Of a stretch of DNA of 64,000 nt, positions 1 to 13,140 are shown one piece after another (the stretch's first letter is position 1; each line of letters opens with the position of its first letter). The notes beneath the pieces are model-generated. The model worked only from the letters and a program-made list of their open reading frames with translations, was not told where the DNA came from and searched no databases. The position numbers and the translations under genes are program-made. This DNA comes from Octopus vulgaris (lineage: Eukaryota), in contig OX597818.1 of the NCBI GenBank assembly GCA_951406725.2, forward strand, positions 26,474,001 through 26,538,000, given 5' to 3'.

Positions 1-43
1 TATATATATACATTCACACATATATATACACACACACAGAGAT

Positions 44-74
<31 letters not shown>

Positions 75-93
75 CATATATACACACACATAT

Positions 94-154
<61 letters not shown>

Positions 155-224
155 CAAATATATACATGTATATATATACACATATATATATACATATATA
201 TATTCATATATATAGACACACACA
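1..224. repeat. Compound (TA)n/(CA)n microsatellite
   Basis: Directly visible dinucleotide arrays. Many similar arrays occur through the window, e.g. 14054-14146, 15040-15250, 29700-29822, 50030-50115. Confidence 0.95.
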
Positions 225-352
225 TCATCATCATCATCATCGTTTAACGTCTGTTCTCCATGCTAGCATGGGTTGGACGGTTCGAGCGGGGATCTGGGAA
301 GCCAGATCTGGCAGTGTTTCTACAGCTGGATGCCCTTCCTAACGCCAACCAC
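225..352 (-). mobile_element. RTE-tailed SINE-like repeat (family D), partial copy
   Basis: Reverse complement of GTGGTTGGCGTTAGGAAGGGCATCCAGCTGTAGAAAC...CCAACCCATGCTAGCATGG...GGACGTTAAACGATGATGAT, which recurs many times in the window. Confidence 0.85.
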
Positions 353-383
<31 letters not shown>

Positions 384-429
384 TACACATGCACACGTAC
401 ATACACATACACACATATATATGTATATA

Positions 430-2890
430 TATATACATACATAGCAAATGAAAGACAGAAGATGGATTATACGAGAATTTATTATTAATCACGACAATTG
501 TTTTGATACATATAGCATCAGTTCCTCTTGGGTGGAACACTCAACAACTGTTTCAGGAGCATCAGGTGGTGCAGACGCCTCTTGTTGGGTGATAAATAAA
601 TACAACTCTTTAAAATGACTGTTCCGCAATGTAACTTTCCGTTTTGTAGAGAGAAAAGCAGCCAAATGGAGGAAATATCTTCATTTATGTAGAAGATCAA
701 AAATCAAATCACTGATGACAAAAAGAGAAACGAACATGCAATCAAGCGAGGAAAGTATTAAAAATAACCGTTGACAGATATGGATGTATAAATGCTTTCA
801 GGCAAGCTGCATTGTCCAAGTACACCTGCTCATACAATCATCCACAAAAATGTGAGCATACACACATGTGAGGTTTGGTGCACTCATGGTCACAAAATGA
901 GTTAGTTATCCACTTGGTGTATATAAGAATGGGGAGGTTAAAAGTAAACTTAAGTCATCCATACCTTAAAGTAAATTAAGTTAACGGTTACTCAAAATTC
1001 ATTCTCACTACATTGTGCAAAAGTACATTTATATGCATGTAGGCATCTTGAGAGTTGTTCAGAAATTCTATTAATTATCTTCTTGTTAGTCCACAGAATA
1101 GACAAGGATTCTTTAGATCAGAGACGGTATCTCCTGGAAATTATATTGTATGGTTTCACATACCTTACTATGGACTAATTAATACTGTACTTCATTTTAT
1201 CCTCTTTCAGTTGCCATACAAAATCTGCCAAAGGTGTTGAATGTCTCTTATTGATTATCTTAAAGCTGGCAACATGGTTACGATAATGAATCTTAAATGA
1301 ATCAGCTGTCTGCCCAATGTAAACATAGGATCCTCCCTTTGAGTGCATGGTACATTTATATACAAGATTTGTACTCATACAGAGATTCATCAAAGGACAT
1401 TTTGATTTTTCTCTGCATGAGCATTTATCGTATTTATTTGTATATAAGACAGTACCGACTCCATTTACTGGCGTTTTTACCATGCTAGCTGTATCATAAG
1501 TATTTCTACAACTACAAATTGGTTGTAGTTGGTGTTTATCAATGCAGTTTACATCTTCTTGGTTGGTATTTAGATGCAAATGTTCGCTAGATCCAGTAGG
1601 TGGGTTATTGAACCTTTGCCACATTTTGCTATTGTTTATGCGATGCATAAGCTGCTCTAAATTAGCAGAGTTGGCATAGGATACATTCACGGTGTGTCGA
1701 TAAAAATAGCATGATACTGATTAGATTTAGGAAAACATTTGTCCAAAGCAGCAAAAAATTTTCCAGCAATTTTCTTTGAAACATCCAAACCAAAAATCTG
1801 TTTGAACCCAAGGACATCCTGATTCCTATATCTGTTATTAGGCTTATTTGATTGAGTGTGTGGTACAGGATTGGAATAAGCAGTTGAATTATTATGTCGT
1901 GTGTGTCTATGAGGTTTTGTTGGTAGTTCATTGATATGACCAATTCTTCCTGGCCTGTGTTCTTTATCTGAGTGAGTTCTCAAGCCGTAACATTGTGGTG
2001 GTATACAATGTGCACCATAGTTGGAGGAATTACTTGTTTCTTGTATATATTGAATTTTTCATAGTACCCAGCCCTAGCTAGAGCAGCACAACAATAAGAT
2101 GCATGAGATTCGAAAATTTTATTGTTAGAAGATAATCTAAAGATTCTTGTAGAAATATTCTTAACTAGTCCCTGTATAATCAAGGGTGGATGGTTGGATG
2201 CTATGTTAATGTACTTAATATGATCATTTGGTTTATGAAATAAATGGTTCAAATAATCTAGTATCAAGACAGAAGGTAGCATTAAGAAAATTCACTCTAC
2301 AATAATCTTCACCTATAGTAATTTTTAGTCCTAAATTTTTGAAAAGTCTAAAATAAATTTCTCCTATGCCTTTCTAACTGTACTTTACTACTTCTGTCTA
2401 GAAAAAATAAGGCGTCATCCCTCTATAGACCCCACGCTCACCCCGTTACTTCCAGAAAGAAAGACTAGATTAATGAAAAGATATATATTCCTATTAGGTC
2501 ACTGAGCCCAATGCTATATTAAATGCATTCTCCCTATCTAATCTACTCCATAATCTACCATCAAAATCTACTAGAGTGACTTGCACAGCAAGTATAATAT
2601 CTATTTCATGTCAGGACAAATCGGAAATTTTAATGCTAAAAATCAGGGCTTGATTAAGAACGACCAGGTTGATAGTGGCATAGTAGCTCTCTATATCTAG
2701 TTGCAAGAATTTACTATTTTTACTAATTTCTAGAAGCTTGAACCATCCAACCACCTCTTGGGTATCAGACCAGAGATCTAATCTAATTTTAGAGATAAGG
2801 ATGGGTATTACCCTATCAATGATTTTTTTTTACTAATAATACCTATTTTGGATTTAGAAGGACAAATCAATCTAACTGAGGAGTCAATGG
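430..2890 (-). mobile_element. Degenerate Penelope-like retroelement (RT, Cys-rich linker, GIY-YIG; Neptune-like architecture), 5'-truncated
   Basis: Minus-strand translations give an RT motif FLQLDIESYYATI (~2670-2710), GL*RDDAL (YRDD catalytic motif with a stop, ~2408-2432), thumb region KPNDHIKYINIASNHPPLI, linker CSCREKSKCPLMNLC and GIY-YIG NLVYKC...YVYIGQTADSFKIHYRNH. Stops and frameshifts are present, and a hammerhead-like motif lies in the 3' region. Confidence 0.9.
488..570 (-). ncRNA. Degenerate hammerhead-like motif at the 3' end of the Penelope element
   Basis: Minus strand reads cac-CTGATGC...(G>A)AAAC-AATT-GTC-gtg. Stem I is cac/gtg, stem III is palindromic and the triplet is GUC. 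A9 is mutated and stem II is unclear. Confidence 0.45.
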
Positions 2891-2904
2891 ACTACCAACA
2901 AATA

Positions 2905-3232
2905 TGATGTATCTTTTCAAGTGCATATTACTAATTTTGTAATAAAATGTAGATGGATGGCTGGTTGGATTCTCCAAACTTTCAAAACAAGAGAAAAGGA
3001 AACATTGATGATCCTTTGGAGGACACACATCCTCAGCCACTTGGGCTACTACTCCCAGCTATGGTCACCACACACTATAAAATCCACGGCGGAACTTGAG
3101 GCAATCCAACGAAGCTACACCAAGAACATTGTCTCAATGCAATGTATCAGCTACTGGGAAAGACTGAAAGAATTAAAACTTTTCTCCTTAGAATGAAGGT
3201 GAGAAAGATATGCTGTGATATACATCTGGAAA
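2905..3232 (+). mobile_element. CR1-like LINE ORF2 C-terminal fragment
   Basis: ORF 2921-3196 contains LGYYSQLWSPH...LEAIQRSYTK...SYWERLKELKLFSLE*R, matching the CR1-type 'LEY...WSP...LE.VQR...Y.ERL..L.L.SLE.RR' pattern. Confidence 0.8.
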
Positions 3233-5189
3233 AGGTTTGGAGAGGATAGAGTAGTGGTGACGGTGGTGTCTGGTTTTTGTCTGTTGTCTTCATGTAAAAA
3301 TGATGATGATAATGATATATATGTATTACATGCACATACATGTGTATGTGCAAGCATGCAATACATGTATATCATCCTCATCATTATTTTTACATCAACT
3401 CTCCATGTTGGCATAGATTGGACAGTTTGTCACAGTCTGAGTCATCTCTTATTAGGAACTGCTGCTTCTGTAGACTGATACTTGTGTCATTTGGTTTGAT
3501 TTCTATGGTTGGATGCCTTTCTTATAGCTAACTGCTTTACAGAGTGCACTGAGGATGTTTGTTTTTTTTCTGTGGCGTCAACACCAGAAAGGTTTATAAA
3601 GGGACCACAGAATCCAATGCATTTTCTGCCCAAATTTACCAACTACTGCACCAGGTGTACTGTGTGCATTAGATTGTCCCACCTGTGTGTTTGAGAGCAT
3701 GTGAGTTGTTGACTTTCTGTCCTAACACTTGTACAGGAGAGTAGGTGCATTGTACTCAGGTCAGTGTAGATAGTTTTCTGAGCTAAAATGTGTCCTGTGC
3801 AAATGAGTGGCACAAAGGAGTGATGGAGGAGAGGGTCAGAATAGCTATAGTGTATATATATATATATATGTATAGTGAACCGAACAGATCCACTACCATC
3901 CTCAGTCACGCTGAATGCACAGGACAATGAAAAAGGAGAGGAAGGAAATACTGATTGAGAGATGAACAATAAGCATGTGTGAAAGAATACAATGTATGGT
4001 GAATAGGAGATAAGCAAGAAGAAAAAAAATAGATGAAGAGCAAGAGAGTACAATGTGTGACAAACAGACAGCATAGTAGATTGATAAGAGAAGAGATTGA
4101 TTGAAAGATGAGTAATAGAGGCTGGCATGGGTGCAGAAAGTAAGAGGGATGAAGAAGCTATGAGTGAAAGGGTAAAAAGGAAATGGATGGCCAATAGATG
4201 TATTCATGTGTGTGTGTGTGTGTTTGTGTGTGTGTATATATATATGTAGATGTATGCATATATATGTATCTATATAGATGTTTGTATATATGTGTATGAA
4301 TGTAGATATGTGTGTGCTTGTGAAGATGTATGCAAATATATGTATGTGTATGTAGGGATGTATATGCATGTGTATATGTATGCATGCATACACACATATA
4401 TATGTACATGTGTGTGTGTGTTTTAGGCACAGCACGCTGTTAACTAGAAGAACTGAAATATATTTAAATATTACAAACTCTCAATACAGGGAAAATAAGA
4501 ATGTATTGATGTATCAAGTAAAAAAGGAAAGCAGTCTTTTCATGGACCATTTCATGGTTTGTTGACTGCTCTTCAGAAAATACATGTTGATTTTCTTTCC
4601 CAACCAGTAGTAGAGATCTCTGGCAATATAAAGCAGCTGCAAATTAAATTGGCATTGTGGTAAATAGCTTTATTTGTATATTTGTGTGTTTGATGGCTCT
4701 TTACTAATTTAAACAATAACCATTTTTTGCATAACAACACATAAATCAGAATAACTGAAATATGTTAAAATATTTTGAAAACTTCACTGTTTTGTGAAAT
4801 AAGAATGTAAACGCAGTCTTTCTATATTATTGATGTGTGGAAAAAGAAGAGGAAGAGAGTCATCTGACTAACTGTTTCGTGGTTTGTGGATTATTTCTCT
4901 GAGAAAATGAACCCAGGTTACCTCCCCAATGAATAGCATAGATCAGGAAATTACATGCAGGCTAACAGATAAGGTATATTTGACATGTAACAGGTGTACC
5001 AGATCAATAAGCACTAAGAGCTCTCAGGAAATATTTTCTCTCAGAGGGTTCCCTAGAATTAGTTGAAAGTTTTTGTTACCAAATTGCTTAAGTAGCAGTC
5101 ATTCTGAAAATGTAGGAACAAGAATAAGAACAGTTGGGGAAACAACAAAGGGCTTCTTCCTCAAAGTCAAGGGCTCATAGCAAAATGGT

Positions 5190-6315
5190 TGTGTGTGAAG
5201 TGCATGGGTCTTAAATACTTGTGAAGACTAGAAAGAAATGATGAAAGCATGCTTTGTTGGATGTGCCATGCTAGTGTGCATGAATGATGAAGTATAAATG
5301 AACTGAAAGACAAACTGAATATGAGGGGAATCAGATATAGCATGTAAAAGAGAAACCTGTAATAGAATAGGCATGGGATGCAAATAGAAAATGATTGTTG
5401 CTCAAGGAAGTATTGAGTGCTCAAAATTAGTGGCACTAGTAGAAGAAGGAAGGCTGAAAAATGCATGGGGTGAAGTGGTGAAAAATGATATCAAGATATG
5501 AAGGTGGACTGAAAAGTTAAAGGCTGTCTATAAAAGAGTGATGCTAGAACTGTGAAATCTTGCATGCTTTCATTTCAACTCTTCTGACACTCTGGCTTTA
5601 TCAACAGTGCAAAAGTGGGCAGCTGAATTTAGGAGGGGAAGGGAGAGTCTAGAAGATGACCCAAGCCTGGATGTTCTGCTACTGCCATCATTGACAGACT
5701 ATAAATCAAATAGCCAATGCTGTTAGTGTATCCCATGAGAGTGTTGAGAATATTCAGCACAATGAACTAGGCATGACAATTTTTTGGAATGCAAAGGCAT
5801 TGTGTTTATTGACTGTCTTCAAAAGAATCACACCATCAATGGAGCACACTATGTCAACTTGCTGAGGCAGTTACGAAAGGCTATGAAGACCAAATACCAG
5901 GGATACTGACAAAATGGGTTTTATAAGGACAATACTCCAGCTCACAAGTCTCTGGTTTCAATGTCTGCTGTGCATGACTGCAGCTTTGAACTGGTTGATC
6001 AGCTTCCCTATTCTCCTGATTTGGTCCCATCTGACTATCATCTATTTCCTAACATGAATAAACACTTGGCTGGCAAGCAGTATCACAGTGATAATGATGT
6101 CATATCTGCTGTTGATGATTTTTCTGACCAAAAGGATGAAAGCTTCTCCACCATTGGGATCCAAACATTGTAATACTGTTGGAAGAAATGTGTGGACAGC
6201 AAAGGTGACTATGTTGAAAACTTTTCAACTGACCCTTGTATGATGAAGAAATATATATGGACCATGTGAACTGTTGATATGTGATGCTTCAGAAGACCCA
6301 ACCTCTCATACAAGC
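5190..6315 (+). mobile_element. RTE-clade LINE 3' fragment interrupted by a mariner insertion
   Basis: ERNDESMLCWMC...INELKDKLNMRGIR, then a G..RR.R..K.W.EVVK.D-like segment ending at 5496. A degenerate RTE-like 3' end resumes after 6240. Confidence 0.6.
5499..6238 (+). mobile_element. Internally deleted mariner (Tc1/mariner) DNA transposon
   Basis: Transposase pieces STVQKWAAEFRRGRESLEDDP, FWNAKGIVFID, DNTPAH, PYSPDLVPSDYHLFPNM and WKKCVDSKGDYVE. TA flanks at 5497-98 and 6239-40, with degenerate TIRs sharing TGAAAAGTT. Confidence 0.9.
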
Positions 6316-7899
6316 CTAACAAAATACCTGTTGAAATAGGATGGTGTACCCATTTTTCTACCGTATAGTGGATGCATCCCATTCCCCCTGATTATTATCT
6401 ATTCTATACCTTTACATTCCCCACCATCTATTCTGTTACTTACTGTCTGTGTTCTATGCCCCCTCTTCTCCCCATCAGCTCTTCTATTCACTGTATCATT
6501 CTACTCAATTGAGAGGAAAGCACTTGGTTTGTGCTTACAGAATATCTCCATCTCATTCTCCCACACTTTTATTACTTATCTCCTGCTACCTCTCCTTCCA
6601 CTATTTTTCCAAATCGTAATGCATGAGTGGGGTAGGAATGCATTCTGGCAACCTTTATCTACCTTGTCTGAGTCTGCTGTAACCATGCACTCTTGGAGGA
6701 TATACTTTAGCTCTTCCTCATCATCTTATTGGAAGGTATTTTTTGGCCAAATGTAAGATGTTATGGTTTCTAGGATTATGGGTGGCTACAAATGGAATAT
6801 TTAGGTTTTATTTTTGTCTGGCATGTTATTACTACTATATTTACCTCCCTTTGTGGCACCACTCCAAGCACTCCAGGTAGTCATGAATCTCCTTCATAAC
6901 AATAAATCACTACTTGCTCCTTCCATCATAGTTTAACCTTTTAACACCAAGCATAAACAAGTACTGTGTCTCCCATTCTCCCACTCAGTTGAGGGGTATC
7001 TTTACTATTGTGAGTTACAAGACGATTTCACTAGAGCTAGTACCAGAAAATTTTTTTTAAAAGCCAGTACTCACTAAAGTAGTTGCCACTAGGAAGGGCA
7101 TCAAATCATAGAAACCATGCCAAAATTGAAACATGGGAGCAAGGTGTGGTCCTTCTGTCAAACATCTAGCTTATAAAAAGGTGATGCAACTGCCACTCTT
7201 CTACAACTCCACTCAGCTGAGGTGGGCTTCTTTTTTCTTTGTCTTGTGCCTTCATTTATGCCGGCCTCATGAAAAGAGCACAAAGTACATTCTATAGTGA
7301 TTGATGTTAGGAAGGGCATCAAGTCATAGAAACCATGCCAAAGCAGACATTGGAACATGATGTCCTTTGGATCCTGTCAAATCATTATGATGATGTATAT
7401 ATATATCGTCGTCATCATCATTTGACCTCTGCTTTTCCATGCTTACATGGGTCAGACAAAATTTGTTAGAGCAGATTTTCTATACCAGATGCCTCTCCTG
7501 TCACCAACATTCACTTGTTTTCAAGTAAGGAAATATTTCCCATTGCCAGATATGTTTTTCACGGAAGACTCAAAATGAACAACATTGCTTGTATGAAGGT
7601 GATGTTTGCTTACAACCATCAAATGATGTCGACAACGGTACACACAAACATGCATACAAACACATACGTATGTAGGTATATGACTAGCTTCTTTCTTTAC
7701 GAAATCCACTTGCCCAAGGCACTTCGCAGTGAAACTGAACCTGAGACCACATGTTGGGAAGCAAACTTCTTAACCATACAGCCACGCTTGCGCCTATTAA
7801 ATGGTATTCCTCTATCACTGGATGGAGTACTTTTTTGTTGATCCTACTATTAACAGAACAGTTATACACGCATATAAACACACATTTACACCCACGCAT

Positions 7900-10310
7900 A
7901 CATGTATCATACTTTTGTGTGTATGTGTGTGTGTGTTCGCGCTCTCCTAATGGATATCTCTCTACGCTTGCATATTCATTAAATTCTCAAGTTGTAACTA
8001 ACTCTTACTCTATACATTTATTCATGTATTATGCTTTAATCTGAATTCTTTCACGTACCCACTCACTTTTTTTGTAATCCTTCCAACAGTACCATCTTTG
8101 TAAAAGGTTCAGTCTATGGTTTTATTTACTTTTCTTCTGTCAAAAACTAATAGAGTTTTATTATTTTTCTAGAACCTTTTATATTGAACGTACCTGTTTT
8201 CAATCAACTCATTGTGTTACATATACTACGCTTTCTTTCTACGCTTACAAGGTTTTACATATTTAACTACTAGCTAATTTTTTTTTTATTAATGTGACAT
8301 AGTTGACGTAGCACTAAATTTGTCAGAATATATACTTAACAGTGATCAGGAATTTCAGTTAACAAAATTTTTAGTCACGTATTCAAACTTTACCTAAAGT
8401 GATTGTGAAAAAAAGCCATTTAACATACACATACGTTTTGAGGGAGTGTTTTAAATCCTGATCACCGTGTTTATCACACGTGAACTGAGCCTACACATTT
8501 ATTTTCTGATGTAAATATTGACGTCTAATTAGTGGATTTCATGAATATACATTAGATATCTGTTAATATTTACAGGTGATATATAGTTGATTCAAATGTG
8601 AATATACTAGTAGACGTTTTTACTTTAGCTATATCTATTACACACACATTTAACGCATGTTAGTTGCAACTACCAAATCGCAAAAGCAGCATCAGTCGCC
8701 TACTTGCGTCTGTATTTTTGTTAACCAGTTTGTTTATATTTGAACATTTATTCGCTATTAAGCTTTTGAATACGATATATACATATAAGATGTTAGTAGC
8801 CATCTTGGGCTTCTTTTCCCCCTTTAATATTTGTTTTCTTTCAACGCTTGTCACTCCTTACTACAAGGACGACAACCTTACCAAGGATCGTCTATTACAT
8901 CGTTGTCTTTTATCTAACTTCCTCGTCACTTGCTTCCGTTTGTCTCCACTCAAGTACACCTTGAGTACTTTGTTTGTTTAACATAGAGAAGAAAGCAAGC
9001 AGACGAATAAGATGATAAATTATAGAAAGACAGTACACCATCGATTATTATTTTCTTAACCTTAACTCAATTACCCGCCAAACTTAACTGTTATTAGTTT
9101 CCATAGTAGTAGCAGCAGGTGCTTGAATAATTTCTTCGAAAGGGCCTCTGTTAAAAAAATAAACAAAAAAGAAACGAAACAACACATTTCATTCATGTTC
9201 GCTTTATAATTATCCATATTATTCACTTTTTACATTAAATATTGCAGATGACGGAATAAATTCTAATTTCGTTGTTTCAAAATATGTTTATCGCGAACTG
9301 TTATTTCATTGTATCAGAATTTGAATATCCATTCAACAGAAGACACTGCTAAAATCTCTCAAATATGATAGTTCAGTAATTTAATATTTTTGTAAAATAA
9401 ATTAATTAAATTTTACCCAACTTCAGTCGTAGATTTATAACATTTATGTCCTTTAATGCTACAGCGTTTAATAAGCTTTAATTTCTCGACTTTATAAGAA
9501 AATAATGAAGAACTGCGACATACAAATACCGATCGCTTGGCAGTTTTATTTATTTATTTATTTATTTATTTATTCGTCTGGGCTACTTCATAGTCAACGA
9601 GATATCCTTGAAATGTAAAACTGAAGTTGATGGGGAAAAATAGCTTCTTAAGCTACACTGATTTCCTAAAGTTTCGAAAGGAAAGTGTACATTAAGAAAT
9701 GTTGAAAATACTGTTTAGTACCGTGTCTCCGGAAACTGATAATAGAATTTTTGGTTGTTCTGCTATGAAATTCTGACAACTCTACATCCATTCGGGTGCA
9801 GAGAAATATTTTGTTAATGATCTTCTATACATTGGGAATATTGTTGATTATTTTTAAATGCAGCTGAGATAGGGCAGTGTAATAGATTATATTTCTCAAA
9901 GCTAACCTGACATTTGATAAGATAATGCTGAAGAAATGAAGGGATATTTCAGAACAAGTCAGCTAACCGCAGTGTACATTCTTTAATTTGAATGCGGTAC
10001 ACTTCAAGCAGTTTCCCATGCCTCACATTGAAATGAGTTTAGACACTACAGTTATTGAATTTTCCTAAATTTTTCTAGCATCATATTAATATAAATTTTT
10101 TTATAGGAATGTTAGGAAAAGCAAAATTCAGAAATTAACCCAGATTTAAGAAACAACCGAAACGTAAAGCTGGTTTTGAAGCAGATGATATTTCCCACAT
10201 TATATATTTCCTTTTTTTTTTTCTGTAGTCATAGCCTAATAATCTGAGTTTTCAGGTATACATTTTGAAGTTTCACTGGAAAATATAATTGGTGATAATT
10301 TTCGAAAGTA
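7900..10310. promoter_or_regulatory. Candidate promoter / CpG-retaining island
   Basis: About 50 CpGs by manual count in a SINE-free stretch, whereas unique sequence elsewhere is strongly CpG-depleted. It contains a YY1-like GCCATCTTG (8799-8807), ETS-like ACTTCC/CTTCCG (~8917-8938), CRE-like TGACGT (~8304, ~8519) and an E-box CACGTG (~8477). Confidence 0.5.
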
Positions 10311-10699
10311 GATAAATTTTTCAATAAAACAGTTGGCTAATTTGTTGAGAATCTTGTAAAGCCAGGTTTTTTTTTACTCTTCTTCTGGTTCTAGCCAGTT
10401 TGTTGTAGACATACTAAAGTTGTGCAAAGAACAAACTTGTTTCATTGAGGTAGAAGAGAAATTTTAAACAAGTATTGCCAGAAAGTTCTTACACTAAATA
10501 AATCTGCATCCAGTAAATTGGATTCCAAACAGAGAAAATAGTGCCTGTCGAAGATTTACTTTGCGCACTCTTGCACGCACAGACACACCATACACACACA
10601 CATGCACATGCACACACCAGTACACTTGTAGAGCTGAGATAAAAAAATGGGTATTAGATTTATGATGCAAAAGAGAAGACTACTTGTGCAGACAGGTAA

Positions 10700-10890
10700 T
10701 GGTTTGGGAAGATAATTCAAGTAGAAGGAACCTGTGAAAGAGGGAGGACATGAGAAGTGAAATCTGATGAGGAGTTTTTCACTTCACTAAAAGGAATGAC
10801 AAAGAACCATACCAAGTGGTGTGTTGCTGTGCTGGAGAAGACTTGTCCAACTCATGTATGGAAAAATGAGTGCAAATTAATGATGATGCA
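10700..10890 (+). mobile_element. RTE LINE 3'-terminal fragment
   Basis: Degenerate GTCERGR...MTKNHTKWCVAV ORF end followed by GTCCAACTCATG...ATGGAAAA...AAATTAATGATGATG, a tail resembling that of family D. Confidence 0.55.
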
Positions 10891-11329
10891 TGCAGACAGA
10901 TATGCCTGTGTTGCAGAGGCATCCAAGCATATGACAAATACAGGTGATGTATTGCCTAGATGGTGTGCATGTTTATTCACACTCTGCTCTTTATTAAATA
11001 TTGGATTTTCATTAGATATGAAGATAAATACCTGTTAATATCAATGAGTATGTACAGGCAGACCAAACAGCTGTCGTATAAGCATTATAAGCGGCAAAGC
11101 AATATACTGGGCTACATGCACAGCCACAATATATATAAATTAATATTGGGTCCCCTACAGCCAGATAATTGTCCAATGTGCTCATGCTTTAAAACAATTC
11201 TGAGATTAAGATATATTGATCAGAAATTACTTCAACGTGTTAATTTTTTTTTTTTTTGTGTTTGTGGTATTAGAAATCAAATGGCTAAATGAATATGATT
11301 TAAACTACTATCTTATGTATCATTAATGG

Positions 11330-11530
11330 CACAAAGCCAGAAAGTTTTGGAGAGGTGGCTTGTCAATTTCGTTGACAGCAGTAGTTTAGTGGTACTCATT
11401 TTATCAACCCCAAAAGGATGAAAGGCAAAATTGACCTTGGTGGAATTTGAACACAGAACATAAAGATGGACGAAATGCTGTCAAACATTTTGTCTAGTGT
11501 GTTACCAATTCTGCCAGCTCGATACCTTTG
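11330..11530 (-). mobile_element. Nin-domain tRNA-derived SINE (family B)
   Basis: Reverse complement of GAGCTGGCAGAAT...GTTCAAATTCCACC.AGGTCAA.TTTGCCTTTCATCCTTT.GGGGTTGATAAAATGAGTACC, a Nin/Deu-like central domain. Confidence 0.75.
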
Positions 11531-12059
11531 CTTGTATATCATATTAAAATCTATTACAAGTATTTTTATTTGAATATTAACCCTATACTTTATCTATCAG
11601 TTGAATAGTTACTGGATCTGGGATTGTTATTCGAAGTAGACTGGCACTGAATACTGAGAATGATATGTGTCTCACTCTCTTCATGTATGAAATCAATGCA
11701 AAGAGGAAAAGATATATTGGATAAGGTGGTTCTAGACCAAACCTAACTCAAGAACAACAATGACCATCCCTTAAAACCTCTGATGTTCAGGAAATATTTT
11801 TTAAACTGCTTACCAGATCATAGATGTTGAGATCAAATAAATACATTTTAATGTATATTTAAGTACTTCACTTAAATACTATACATCTCAGTGCCATCCA
11901 GTCGTAAGGAACAGATAACACAGCATCTAGAAATATTACTTGGGATAAAGTGTTGTCAGTGTAATGCTATAAAATTTTACCTAATCACACCTCTTAAAAT
12001 GCCTAGGTGGCAACTAGAAGTATTCGCATATTAATTTAGTCTGTGTAATCTATACATTG

Positions 12060-12418
12060 TAATAATGCATGGTGCCACATAAAAGGCACTGTTGCTGGTG
12101 CCACATAAAAAGCACTGTGCTGGTGCCATCTAAAAGGCACTGGTACAGGTACCGGTGCCACATAAATAGTGTTGGTACTGGTGCTATGTAAAAAGCACTG
12201 GTGCTGGTGCCATGTAAAAAAAAACACTACTGCTGGTGCCACATAAAAGGCATCCAGTACTCTTTTTAAAGTGGTTGGCATAAGGAAAAGCATTCAGCTG
12301 TAGAAACCAAGCCAAAACAGACAATGAAACCTGGAGGGGGATCTTGTCCTTGCTAGTTCCTGTGAAGCTGTCCAACCCATGCCAGCATGGAAAACAGATG
12401 TTAAATGTTGATGATGAT
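12060..12418 (+). mobile_element. Family D repeat with internal tandem array of ~25-30 bp GCTGGTGCCACATAAAAAGCACT units
   Basis: About 7 imperfect units at 12068-12260, followed by the family D body and (GAT)n tail. Confidence 0.8.
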
Positions 12419-12421
12419 AGC

Positions 12422-12586
12422 TGCAGGCATGGTGGTGTGGGAAGAAGCTTGCTTTCCAACCACATGATTCTGGGTTTATTCGTACTGTGTAGCACCTTGG
12501 GCAAGTGTCTTCTACTATCGCCTCGGGCTGACAAAACCCTTGTGAGTGGATTTGGTAGCCAGAAACTGAAAGAATTGCATCATGTG

Positions 12587-12629
<43 letters not shown>

Positions 12630-12745
12630 CTGTGTTTGTTCTCCTCTCCCATCAATTGACAACTGGTGTTGGTGTGTTTATGTCTTCATAACTTAGCAGT
12701 TTGGCAAAAGAGAATGATAGACTAGGTACTGGGCTTTAAAAAAAA
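12422..12745 (+). mobile_element. tRNA/CORE-type SINE (family A), 3'-incomplete
   Basis: tRNA-like head, CACCTTGGGCAAGTGTCTT CORE-like box and internal (TA)n. Confidence 0.8.
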
Positions 12746-12755
12746 TAAAGTACAT

Positions 12756-13140
12756 AGGTGCAGGAGTGGCTGTGTGGTAAGTAGCTTGTTTGCCAACCAC
12801 ATGGTTCCGGGTTCAGTCCCACTGCATGGCACCTTGGGCAAGTGTCTTCTACTATAGCCTCGGGCTGACCAAAGCCTTCCGAGTGGATTTGGTAGACGGA
12901 AACTGAAAGAAGCCCGTTGTATATATGTATATATGCGTTTGTGTGTCTGTGTTTGTCCCCTTAGCATTGCTTGACAACCGATGCTGGTGTGTTTATGTCC
13001 CCGTCACTTAGCGGTTCGGCAAAAGAGACCCATATAATAAGTACTGGGCTTACAAAAGAATAAGTCCCGGGGTCGAGTTGCTCGATTAAAGGCGGTGCTC
13101 CAGCATGGCCGCAGTCAAATGACTGAAACAAGTAAAAGAG
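12756..13140 (+). mobile_element. tRNA/CORE-type SINE (family A), full length, young
   Basis: A-box-like TGGCTGTGTGG, B-box-like GGGTTCAGTCC, CORE-like CCTTGGGCAAGTG and 3' end ATGACTGAAACAAGTAAAAGAG. CpGs are retained. An extra tail copy lies at 13141-13230. Confidence 0.9.

Noticed and set aside
14-540. YIYI/CVCV/HTHT-type ORFs here and throughout the track
   Set aside because: They are translations of stop-free dinucleotide microsatellites and SINEs.
705-740. Plus-strand CTGATGA...GAAAC hammerhead
   Set aside because: The intervening CAAAAAGA cannot form stem II, and there is no stem I or III pairing.
8660-8981. ORFs in the candidate promoter (105 aa on +, 64 aa on -)
   Set aside because: No recognisable domain, low-information composition and non-ATG starts. 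A short coding first exon cannot be fully excluded.
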